Source: Octopus sinensis (taxonomy: Eukaryota). Taken from it: a stretch of DNA of 64,000 nt. The position numbers were made by a program, and so were the translations under genes. The DNA lies in NCBI RefSeq assembly GCF_006345805.1, contig NC_042997.1, positions 132,928,001 to 132,992,000 on the forward strand, read 5' to 3'. How positions within the stretch are numbered: position 1 is the stretch's first letter; every line of letters begins with the position of its first letter. This document shows positions 52,548-64,000 of the stretch, piece after piece. The notes below the pieces were generated by a model. That model was not told the DNA's origin, searched no databases, and saw only the letters and a program-made list of their open reading frames with translations.

Positions 52548-53118
52548 GGTAATACCTCACTTTATGACCAGCTTTACCAGAACCTGCTCTTTACGAGTTC
52601 TATTTTTCTAGCACACGATCCAAATTTTGAACGAAGTACAAAAGTTCTTACTACCATAACAAATGCTTCTGCGTGTTACCGAGAAATTTATAGAGAGCAA
52701 AAAAATATTCTTCTAAGCAAACAACTCTAGACTTTTTTTTTTAGAAAGAAATCTACAGATCCGTCTACGAGTGCTTGTGAATCGGCGATCGTGATGGTGT
52801 GCGCGAATCTAGTGCAAATGAAAGTGATTCAGAAAACGATTATACTAATAATATCTTTTATTATAAATGATAGTGACATTCTTTTCACATTACTGTTGTT
52901 TTATTGCCATTTATTTACGAGTATTATATATTTTATGGGTAAGATATTTTTCTGTGAACGAATTACGATCTATTACATTGGTTTTATGGGAAATTATTGC
53001 TCTGCTTCACGAGTTTTCGCTTAACGAGCAATCCTCAGGAACAAGTTAACTCATATATCGAAGCATTATTGTATCTATCTATCTACACACACACACATAT
53101 ATATATATAGACACTCAC

Positions 53119-53149
<31 letters not shown>

Positions 53150-53151
53150 TG

Positions 53152-53401
<250 letters not shown>

Positions 53402-54482
53402 AACATACACACATATATAAAAATAGAAAGGCAGAGAAAAGAAGAGAGAGAGAAAGAGTGAGAAGCTCGGCAGAAGAAAAGAGACTGGAGCTTGACTATT
53501 ATTGGGTACAGGAGAAAGAGAATAGAAAAACAAAAAGACTAAAATTAATCTATCTGTTTGTCTGTCTGTCTGTCGGTGTGTGTGTGTGTACGCACGCATG
53601 CGTGTGCATGCATATGTACGTGCGTGTATGTACCTGTATGTGCTCTAGTCTCACTCGCTCCTTTCCCCTACTCCTTTCCTCTCATTCTACTTTTTCTTTT
53701 TCATTTTCCTTTCACCGTTACCAGTACTACCATCAACGCTATCCTCCTCCTCCACGTCGCCGTTGTCGTCTTCATCGCACTCAGCGCCATTTCTTTTTTC
53801 TCTTGCTACAAAACGAAATTTTAACGTTCGACGCCATTTGGTCACGTGGTCTAAACAACGCACAACACACATATCATCTCTCTTTTGTTTTCTTAAACCT
53901 GTTCCCCCAGCTTCCTTTCTCCCTATCACCAAATCACCCATCCCAGTATAATCCAACCCACTCCACCTCATCCCAACTCCGCTAAACCTGACGCAATGAA
54001 AGTCCAAAAGTTTTCTTAACATAATTAATGCAAGGAATACCAAAACGCTAACCAGGTGTATTATACGCCAACTTCTTCATTCTTCACCCGCCTCATACCA
54101 AGCTCACCTTCTCAACAGTATATAACGACGGCTGGCGCACCCCTTCGTATCTCCTCTTCACGTATGACAATGAGGTCAGCTTTTTACTCAGTGACCACGA
54201 TTGGTAGGAGAGTGATTGGGTGCATGTCAAACGGAAGTAGGATTGTGGGTGGTTAATAGTTGAAAAGAGAAGCAGGGTAGCAGGGTAGAGTGGAAACGGT
54301 GCTAGAGACTGACTGCTCTTGTTTGCCAAAAAAAGCCGACGAAAGAAATAAGAGAAAAGAAAAAAAGAGAAGACGAATGAAGGAGGAGGAGGAGGAGGAG
54401 GAGGAGGAGAAGTGAAAGAAAAAGAGAAGGAAGACGAGATTATAAGGAAAATTATGTCGACGATGATGATGAGGATCACCAC

Positions 54483-54513
<31 letters not shown>

Positions 54514-54622
54514 GTCATCATCATCATCATCATCTTAATCAATTTTATTATCAAAATCATAGCATTATTCGTCGTTAATATTATCATCGTCATCAATATA
54601 TGATATACATATATATATACAT

Positions 54623-54690
<68 letters not shown>

Positions 54691-55462
54691 CATACACACG
54701 CATTCGTCGTAAATATCATCATCATCGTCATCAACATCTTAAGCATCATCCTAATCATCATCATGGCCGTCATTACCATCATCATAAAGGAAGGAATATG
54801 TAACTAGAAGAGAGCAAGACTTATATAAACAACAAGAAACAGTGCAGCGAAAGGAAAAGAGAAAAAAATAGGAGACAGAGAGAAAGAAGAAAGGTAAGAA
54901 GGACATTTGTCCTTAATAAATAAATTTAGATCAAACATAAAAGGTCAAGATGGAGAGAGAATGTGAAGAATATGGTAAATTAGTACAAAAGGAATAAGGT
55001 GAAGGGGAGGTGGAAAGGGGAATGGTGAGAGGAGATGTAAGGAGGAGGTAAAGGAGGCGTATAAAGAAGAATGGAGAGTTGAAAAAGAGAGGAAGATGAA
55101 GAGGAAAGAAGAAAGCGAAAAACAAGACGAAAAGAGAGATGAAAGAGAGAAGACGAAGGAAAAAGCGGAGAATAGAAGAGGAAGCAAAGGTGGAATAGAA
55201 AGTGGAAACGTGACGTGACCAAAAGATATATAAAAATCAAGTACAGGAAGAAGAGGAGGGCAATAATAGGATGGTAATACTGAGGATGGTGGTGGTGGTG
55301 GTGGTGGTGGTGGGTCTTCTGCTACTCTTAGTGCTGTTGTTGCTGATGATGTTACTGATTATGATGGTGGTTGTGAAGGTAGCAAAGCATTATATAGTAT
55401 GATTCCAGATAGAACTATGCAATTTTTACTAGAAGTGAAAACTGCAGTAATAGTTCAAGGTG

Positions 55463-55629
55463 CTGGCATAGCTGTGTGGTAAGACGCTTGCTTCCAAACC
55501 ATATGGTTCCTGGTTCAGTCCCATTGCGTGGCACCTTGGGCAAGTGTCTTCTACTATAGCCTCGGGCCGGCCAAAGCCTTTTGAGTGGCTTTGGTAGACG
55601 GAAGCTGAAAGAAGCCCATCGTATATATG

Positions 55630-55686
<57 letters not shown>

Positions 55687-55743
55687 GTGTGTATATGTTT
55701 GTGTTTGTCCCTCCAACATCGCTTGACAACGGATACTGGTGTG

Positions 55744-55791
<48 letters not shown>

Positions 55792-55955
55792 CGACTGGCT
55801 TCTTTCAGTTTCCGTCTACCAAATCCAATCACAAGGCTTTGGTCGGCCCGTAGCTATAGTAGAAGACACTTACCCAAGGTGCCACGCAGTGGGTCTGAAC
55901 CCGGAACCATGTGGTTGGTAAGCAAGCTACTTACCACATAGCCACTCCTACGCCT
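55463..55955. mobile_element. Two CORE-like SINE 5' halves in inverted orientation (plus 55463-55748; minus 55787-55955)
   Basis: The second copy is the reverse complement of the first ~160 bp of the first; separated by microsatellite. Confidence 0.85.
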
Positions 55956-56639
55956 ACTCGTGTACAAGTTGTATACTTGATTGTGACTAGACTGACAGCA
56001 AAAAACCCCCCAAAAAACAAAAAAACAAAAACTCGTGGGTAACTCATACACGGAGCAGGGAATTTTCTTTACCAAAATGTAACACTAAATTAAAGGAGCG
56101 ACTTATACCCGCGTAAATACAGACGTTTCTAAACGTTTTCCAGTTTATCGTTTCTGACGCATTCAAGCCTTAGTCCCTTTCATATCTTAATGTTTAATTC
56201 AATAGTTTTTTCCCCTTAATTTAGAAATATCCCAGCTTCTAACAAACAATCTAATATCAATGAATCAGCAACAATCGTGTAACCTTTCATAAGTTCTATT
56301 TTTAATACCTTTTCAATGATCGCTGTGGTAGCCGCCACTATGGAAATGACTCAATTATATTTCCCATATATAATCGTTTGTAAACACCGATGAAAAGCAT
56401 TTCTTCAAAGTTATGAACTTGACGATTCAAAACCATGCAGCTATGTCGTTTTTATCAAGCTTTGTTGGAGTTTAACACAAATTATCACAGGCGCATTCAT
56501 TCAAATAAAATTAAAACATATTGATTCAAAGCAGCGAGTGTGCTTTATTACCCTTTGTTTACGCTTCCCTTCACTTACTCGTTGTATTTCCGCTTCTTAG
56601 AAGTTTTTAACGAAGTGTATGTATATATTTCATGCACAC

Positions 56640-56692
56640 AAATATATATATATATATTATATATATATATATATAGATATATATATATATAT

Positions 56693-56735
<43 letters not shown>

Positions 56736-57118
56736 TGCAAATAGACATACATAATAGATATATAGACTAATATATATAATATTTCTATTATATGCGTGTA
56801 TATATATATGTATATAATATATATATTATATATATATATATATATAATATATATATATATACACATATATATATATATATACACACATATATATATATAT
56901 GCATATATATACACACACATATATATGTACATATATACGCATATATACATATAAATACATATATACACATATATACATATATATACATATATGCACATAT
57001 ATACATATATATACATATATATATACATATATACATATATATACATATATACACATATATATACATATATACACATACACATATATACATATACATATAT
57101 ATATATATATAACATGTA

Positions 57119-57189
<71 letters not shown>

Positions 57190-57235
57190 TATATGTATAT
57201 ATATATATTATATATATATATATATATATGTATAT
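56640..57235. repeat. ~600-bp (TA)n/(TACA) compound microsatellite
   Basis: Direct reading. Confidence 0.95.
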
Positions 57236-57705
57236 AGGTATAAATACACTCGCACACGCACATTCAAACACACACAACTGCTGTAGACATCAATAGTATT
57301 TTGTCCGTCTTAACCTTTCCATATCAATAGCTTACACTAATCAACATCTAGCGTAACAGCATACCGAAATCTATGCATTCCTAAATTCTAGTCATTTAGA
57401 ATACCGTAAAAAGAAACCAAACAAAATGGAAACAAAAAATACATTGAAAATTCTTTGAAGCAAAGAAAGCAATGAAATATAAAAAAAAAATATGTTCGTC
57501 ATCCGTCAAAAATTCATAGACTGTTTATCCTTTATCTACTTCAGTACAGGCTTCCAGCACGGTTACTGTTTTGGTTGTATAGCCTTACACTGCTGCCGCT
57601 AGTTACCGTGGTGAACCTTATTACTCTGTTGTACTCACATACACTTAAATGAAGTGAATCATTGCGAATTAAGTATTTTTGTCATAATTAGAGAATCAAA
57701 GAATG

Positions 57706-57925
57706 TACGAGGGACTGCTGAAATGTTCCCGGGTTTAAGAGTGTCGCGAAAGGACCTGGTTGGAGGTCCAAACTTCTGAATTCTTTTTACAGGGCTTAAA
57801 GGAAAACTGAAGGTTGGCTGCAATAAGTGTGAATCTGAGAGGGGAATATGTTGGTTAAAATCATAATTAACTGATTCTCTTGTATTTTCTTTTACCCAAA
57901 GCCAGGAACTTTTCAGCACCCTCTC
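57706..57925 (+). mobile_element. Mariner-derived MITE, ~220 bp
   Basis: TIRs cgagggactgctgaaatgttcccgggttt and aaagccaggaacttttcagcaccctctc; interior resembles a mariner 3' end (CNKCVNLRGEYVG*). Confidence 0.65.
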
Positions 57926-58166
57926 AAACGAAACAGTGGTACGATAGATCTAATGAGATTGTAGTGTTTCCTGCATTAAATATGCTAGCAACAACTTGAA
58001 CTATTATTTTTCATATAAACGAAGTCGGAATATTTAAAAAAAAAATCCTGTAATTTCTATTTCTACATGAAAGACTACAGACACTTGTACATTCCTTTAC
58101 TTATTACTTTTATATTCCACCTACATCAGCGACAGTGAACGTTAAGTTCTGTTAAAGAGGCCAGAA

Positions 58167-58206
58167 TACTCCGAGGAGGGACAAACTTAACCGAAACATG
58201 TAAGTA
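58167..58206 (+). ncRNA. Minimal hammerhead-like motif with CCGAGGA core
   Basis: tact CCGAGGA gg gacaaacttaa cc GAAA catg TA agta: 4-bp stem I, palindromic stem III, weak stem II. Confidence 0.45.
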
Positions 58207-58371
58207 ATTACCAAGACAATGATGGCAACATTGGTTTTAAATAAGGCCAGCAAGTTTAGGAGGTGGAGGTAAGTCGGTTACAACGACTCCAGTGCTAAAC
58301 TGGTTGTTATTTTTATCGACGAAAGGATGAAAGGCAAAATCAACTTCGGCGGAATTTCAACTCAGAACGTA

Positions 58372-58882
58372 AAAACTGAGTTTTCCAGGTTGATCTTTAC
58401 TCCTGCCACCGTCTCGTAAACCTCAATAGCCTTACCCACTTCACGTAGGCGTGCTACTGTGGTTGCGCAGATAGTGATATCGTTCGCGTAAGCTGTAACA
58501 AACTCCTCTAAACCTGGTTCTCTCGGGATGCCACTCACCCTTCGCAGAATAGGCTCAAGAGCCACCACATACAAAAGTGGTGAGAGAGGACATCATTGAC
58601 GAACATCTTTGCCTGATGCAGAACGGCTTCGAAAGGAAACCGTTCACCCGAACTATCGAGTCAATGTTGTGATACAAAGCGAGAAACCACCTGAGGGAGC
58701 CAAGGCCTAAGCCGAACCGCGCAAGTACAGTCGCCAGGTATCGATGGTCAACCCTATCAAAACCTTTAGACTGGTCCAAATGTACTACTGCCCACCTTTG
58801 CCAGATTTACACAAAAACCCTCTATGGTGTAGCGAATAAGGTGGAGATTATCCTGAATGGTTCTACCAGGGATGGCACATCC
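58372..58882 (-). pseudogene. L1/Tx1-clade reverse transcriptase fragment
   Basis: CAIPGRTIQDNLHLIR, DQSKGFDRVDHRYL, LSPLLYVVALEP, YANDI (YADD decayed), KINLENS; frameshifts. Confidence 0.85.
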
Positions 58883-59710
58883 AATCTCATCATCGACACC
58901 GACTTTCTATACTTGTTTAGTAATACATTATGAGTCTTTTTATCCATTTCGTAGAACTCGTAGTTCTTACAGTTATCAGAAAGTTCTGCAATCTTAGTGG
59001 CTGATTATTTCGCTTTTATTTCTCTCATTAAATCTTAATTTTTGCTGTATAACGCGACTATCCCTCTATCTTCTGCTTCCTTCCTTACTAATTTTGGTTT
59101 CTCTCTTTTCGCCGTTTTATATATTTTTTGGTCTTAGTTCGACATATTTAATAAAAAGAAAAAGATTGAGATGACCTGATAAAGGCAATTAGCTAATTTT
59201 GATTAATTGTTTGTTTGCTTAACTAACTGATAAATTAATAGGAGATAAAGTAAATGCATAAAAGCGAAACTAATCAGAGCAACCAACTCTAACAATTCTT
59301 TGTTTTTTTAATCGGTCTTCGTCATTGTACTGCAGCTCAGCCTGGGTAGTGCTTTCAAATGTTTTAAAATGCCCACTTCAACACCAGCACTTCTTTTCAC
59401 TCTGGTCTTATTTCACCGGTATTTATTTATTCATTCTCTAGCATATACGTTCGCATTAACGGATATAATACCGGGTTTAGACTCTAAACATATTCATAGA
59501 TATACATATACGACGGGTTCCCACACAGATTTCTCTACCAAATTTCGTCGACAAGGTATTGATCAAAACAACGCTACAGTAGAAGACAGAGACTGAACGT
59601 GCTGCGTGGACTTGAAACCGGAACCGTGATTATGAGGCAAACTTCTCAACCACATGTCAATATCTGGGATTATACTTTGGTGAAAAACACACCGAATGCA
59701 AAGGGTAGAA

Positions 59711-59783
59711 GGCTGCCCATGGGACTCGATCCTCAACTTCTGTAATTTCTGACAGGCGTTCTACCATTAGACCAAAGCAATCC
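59711..59783 (-). pseudogene. tRNA-like pseudogene or orphan SINE head (73 nt)
   Basis: A-box TGGTCTAATGG, B-box-like GGATCGAGTCC, ctgt/acag anticodon stem, imperfect acceptor stem. Confidence 0.45.
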
Positions 59784-59962
59784 TTCTAATTCTTCTATCC
59801 ATTTTAGAAAATTTATTCTCACCATAGAGAATTGGATGCTACTTTAGCGTGCAGTCTACCGCAGTATCCTGTCTACGCTGTGAAATTATTTTTAGCGAGC
59901 GGTCTAGCTTTTCTTACTCTTTTACACATTAGCATACGATCTACCGCCACTGTAATATTTTA

Positions 59963-61200
59963 TATTAGGTCGTCATGTATGAAATTTGCAGTATGGTATA
60001 TGGTAAACTTTGACAGCTGCTCATTTTGCCTGATTATTATATTTTGACAATCTTATTTTTTTGTTAGAAAGCTGACACATCTATTTCTTTATTCTAACTC
60101 ATTTTGCTCTTTAGAGAGTATTTATAAATCACTTTCTGCTATTTTTGTTTAGAGATAAGTCGGAAATTCGTACAGTTTTGAAATATGAGTTCTTTCTTGG
60201 AAATACAGCATCACAAGTAGCTCGGAATTAAATGGAGCATTTCATTCTAATTCACAGCAGACAGTATTTCACAGCAGACAGTATCTGACTGGTTTGCAAA
60301 ATTTCGTTCTGATAACTTTCACCTCACAAATGAGCAACGCGGTCGACTAGAAACAAAGGTAGATAATGACGAACTGAAAGAGTCAGATCCATCTCAAAGT
60401 GCTCGTGAATTATCGTTGTTATTTGGTTTTAGCAAGCAAACAATATTGACTCACCTAGTTCAAATCAGTAAAGTGAAAAAGTTGGATAAGTGGGTTCCAC
60501 ATGAACTCAATCAAAATCAGAAAGAGCAACGTTTGGAAGCCTGCATTATGCTACTTTCTCGTCACAAAAATGATTCATTTTTTAATCGAATAATAATATG
60601 CGATGAGAAATGGATCCAATACAACAACCGTAAACGTTCAGCACAATGGCTGAACAAAGACGAGCCACCAAAACACAGTCCAAAAAATAAAATTCATCCA
60701 AAGAAGCTGTTGGTGTGTGTTTGGTGGTCTGGCGCAGTTGTGATCCATTATGATTTCATTAAACCTGGCCCATCAATCACGGCTGAAGTATTACGGCAGC
60801 CAACTGGACCAATTCATACAGAAACTTACAAAAATACAACCTAGATTAGTCAACAAATCCACTCCTATTTTATTGCAAGACAACATCAGACCACACATCG
60901 CAGGAGTTGGAGTTGGAAGTTCTCCATCACCCACCATACTCACCTGATCTTGCTTCCACTGACTACCACTTCTTCCAAAATTTGGATAACTTTTTGATAG
61001 GAAAAAAATTAAATTCTGACGATGCTGTAAAATAGGCCTGCCAAAATTTTACTTACTCTAGATTGCAAGGCTTTTACAGTTCCGGGCTGGACAAGCGACC
61101 GCTAAAATGGCAAAAGTGTGTTGACAATATGGGTGCATACATTGATGAATCAAACTATTCCTTGTATTTATAAAACATTAGCAAACTTTCTTCTTTCTGC
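59963..61200 (+). mobile_element. Decayed mariner (DD34D-type), 5' TIR present, 3' TIR not found
   Basis: TA|ttaggtcgtcatgtatgaaatttgc; DKSEIRTVLKYEF, KWVPHEL, ICDEKW, LLQDNIRPH, HPPYSPDLASTDY; stops, frameshifts and a ~20-bp deletion after the 2nd Asp. Confidence 0.88.
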
Positions 61201-63304
61201 AGGATGATAAAAACAAATTGAATAATGTTGAATAATGATTTAATAACTTATACAATAATCTTAATTAATGATACACTCTTTGTACTTCATTTAAGAATGC
61301 CACAAACAAATCTGCTGTACCTTTTCTCAAATATTTCCAGCAAAAGTGATCAAGGTATGACTGGAAAAGCGCACTACTAACGCCTCTCATTTTCTTTAAA
61401 ATAGTTGTTTTGGAATCCAGCCTAGATCTCTCAATACCATGAGCATGTGTTCGTGTGATGTAACCAGAGGATTGTTTTCATGTAAAAATGCAACTGCTGC
61501 TTCGTCTATAAAAATTATACATCTATAGAAATCCTTTAACAGCATTGTAATGGCTAAAATTAACTCGGATTAAGAGGGTAAGAAATGGTAGACCACACGC
61601 TAAAAGCAATTTCACAGCGTAGACAGGATACTGCACGCTAAAGTAGCACCGAGAATTGTTTGTTGGTGATGTCATAAGACTAGAAAATTCGACAACTGAA
61701 ACAATTAATTTTAAACTATTGAACTCGAAGCAGATAAAGCTATAAAGAAGAGCGCGTAGATATTGGGTTTAAATACATTTGAAAAGAAAAAAGTTGAAGG
61801 CTGCTGGTGGAATTAGAACCTCTGGAGATTGGTGAATTCAACGAAAACAACGCCGTCTCTTTAAGCAAGATAATATTTGTTTTAGTTTTTGTTATATCGA
61901 ATGTATTTGTCGTTTTCACCCTTCTCTTTCTGACAGATTGTCAACTAATTAATGTTTTCTTATAAAGACATGAAACTCTGGACTTAACTGAAGTCAACAC
62001 TAACGTGAGTGTCATTTTAATTACTTAGCAAGAGAATTAAACTAGGTCGCGGATTCGGTTTACAGAGAAACAATTTCTAATCTATGCCGTCCGTCAGACA
62101 GCGGTAAATAATGACTTCCTTTGGTTAAGCAAAACGACAAAGCTTTGTGTTGGAAAATACAATGGAATTATTCATGTTCATACCCATTTGGGAATTGATA
62201 CCAGGTCATGTATGCAACATGATGTGAACTAATCTCTTTGTTCTAATTCGCATTACAATCAACGAGAAATAGCAACTTCAAACAACAGCACGCAAATTGA
62301 AAGAGGTAGAAAGTCAGCGTAATCAACCGGAGTACATATCTGGTATCTATTTTATCAACAGTGGAGGAATAAAAAATAAAGCCCACCCGCAACGTGTATT
62401 TGATTGCAGAATGCAAAATACTCTAAAAACGTTAAAACCTTTAGTGCAGTGATCTACCGTATCACAAACTATAATTTTTTGATGGAGAACACAGCCAACT
62501 TAGTTAGTTAATTGGTGTTTATTTTATTGATCCTGATATGATCAAAGGCTAATTCAACTCTGGCGAGATTTGAACTCAGCACTTAAAAGAACGTAATTAA
62601 ACACCAAAGGCGTTTACTACGATTTTTTCCCATTGTTCTTTCCTCGGCGCATAATTATTTCTAGTTAGCACTTTAATGCTTCCTGCATTAAGTGTTGCAA
62701 ATACTAACTAAATTACTGTTTTTAAATTTTGAACTACTAACGATTCTCTTATCCATCGCCATTCAGTGTGAAATAAGAACGGGTATTTGAAATCCTTTCA
62801 GTTTGAAAGATTTAACACCCACACACATATACTTGTGTATGTATGTATATGAATATAGATATATGTGTGCCTGTGTTTATATACGTACAAAGAACTTTAA
62901 ATATATATGCGTGTGTATGTCTATATTTACATATATGTATATATTTCCGAGGGTATGGGTATGCTTGACTGTGCATAATTGCGCGCGCGTAAGTGTGTAC
63001 GCGCTCTATAAATATTGGCGAACACTGTGTGTATATACTGATGTAAACACATACACTACAATATAGCGCTCAAGCAGAATACTAAAGGTCAGGTTTTGTT
63101 AATCAAGCTAGCCTCCCAAAATGAGTTATCTATGCAAATCGGCCAAAATTATTTACTGAAACAGTAATAGTGTCCCCATAAATAGTTAACAAACTTATAC
63201 GATTGAGGGTAAATCCAAATGCCGGATTAAAAAAAGTCCTGCTGGCCTCCTTTTCCTAATATTCAACATACATTCAATATACAGGAGTGGACGTGTAGTA
63301 AGAA

Positions 63305-63532
63305 GGCGGTGAGCTGGCAGAAACGTTAGCGCGTCGGGCGAAATGCTTCGCGATATTTCGTCTGCTATTACGTTCTGAGCTCAAATTCCGCCGAGGTCGA
63401 CTTTGCCTTTCAATCTTTCAGTGTCAATAAATTAAGTACCAGTTACGCATTGGAGTCGATGTAATCGAGTTAATCCGTTTGTCTGTCATTGTTCCCTCTG
63501 TGTTTAGTCCCTTGTGGGCAATAAAGAAATAA
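63305..63532 (+). mobile_element. Nin-like SINE, full length
   Basis: Near-identical to 10374-10610. Confidence 0.85.
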
Positions 63533-63554
63533 GAAGCTCGCTTCCGGTATCACA

Positions 63555-64000
63555 GAGTTCACTTGGTTAGTTGTATTTGTGCGACGTAGACGTGTTTTTT
63601 GGCTGTGCGGGGGTTTTTTTTGGCGTCCAGTGAGAAGTTGCGAGGGACTAAATTGTTCTGTTTCAAGTCTTGAAGGCTGCCCCTCCTCGGAATATGTGTC
63701 GTCGTCGGAAGTGATGGTGAAGTGCTTGAAGAAAATAGACAGGGCTTTGCAGAAAAGAAGCTATGCTGCGGCAACAGAAGAAAAGTGCGAAGACGTAAGG
63801 TTGGAGGGCATAAACAAGTTTAAAGGAATGCTTGAAAGGGAGGGGAACGAAGTGAAGGTGTTCTCGACCACAGAAGTTTTGAAAGAAACTGCGGAAATAA
63901 CTGTAATTAATATACAGAACTTACTCCGTGGAAGCTAGAAAAATTGAAAATACGTCAACGACACAAGTGGAAAAGGCGTTGAGACCGGTCTGGCAAGGGA
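63555..64000 (+). mobile_element. Possible 5' UTR/ORF1 start of a LINE, running off the window
   Basis: Abrupt change to higher-GC, non-microsatellite sequence with a 119-codon open frame; no diagnostic motif. Confidence 0.25.

Overview
Eukaryotic, AT-rich, microsatellite-saturated DNA with no host protein-coding gene I can support. The SINE families, (TA)n/(CA)n/(TAGA)n load and transposon mix resemble octopus/cephalopod genomes; this taxonomy is an inference. Most short ORFs in the track are microsatellite translations. Recognisable elements: a decayed DD37D maT transposon (535-1699), a pogo/Tigger element nested in a SINE (13059-15021), Helitrons (23251-23781 and probably 20884-22490), mariner relics and MITEs, Tx1 and CR1/L2 LINE fragments, and dozens of tRNA-derived SINEs. 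There are two Penelope-like elements (PLEs): a near-complete RT+GIY-YIG element with ~737-bp inverted pseudo-LTRs (40630-45694), and a Neptune-type endonuclease/3' fragment (51130-52510) with four dispersed copies of its 3' end. The main theme is hammerhead ribozymes (HHRs): about 12 minimal type-I HHR-like folds in four core variants. The best candidate for an undescribed system is a non-coding 362-bp monomer at 35245-36369, repeated in tandem and then inverted between (TA)n tracts. Each monomer carries one HHR with a U3:A8 covariant core, and two copies differ by a compensatory stem-I base-pair swap. This looks like a retrozyme (circular-RNA retroelement) mobilised by PLE machinery. All folds were read by eye; none was computed or tested.
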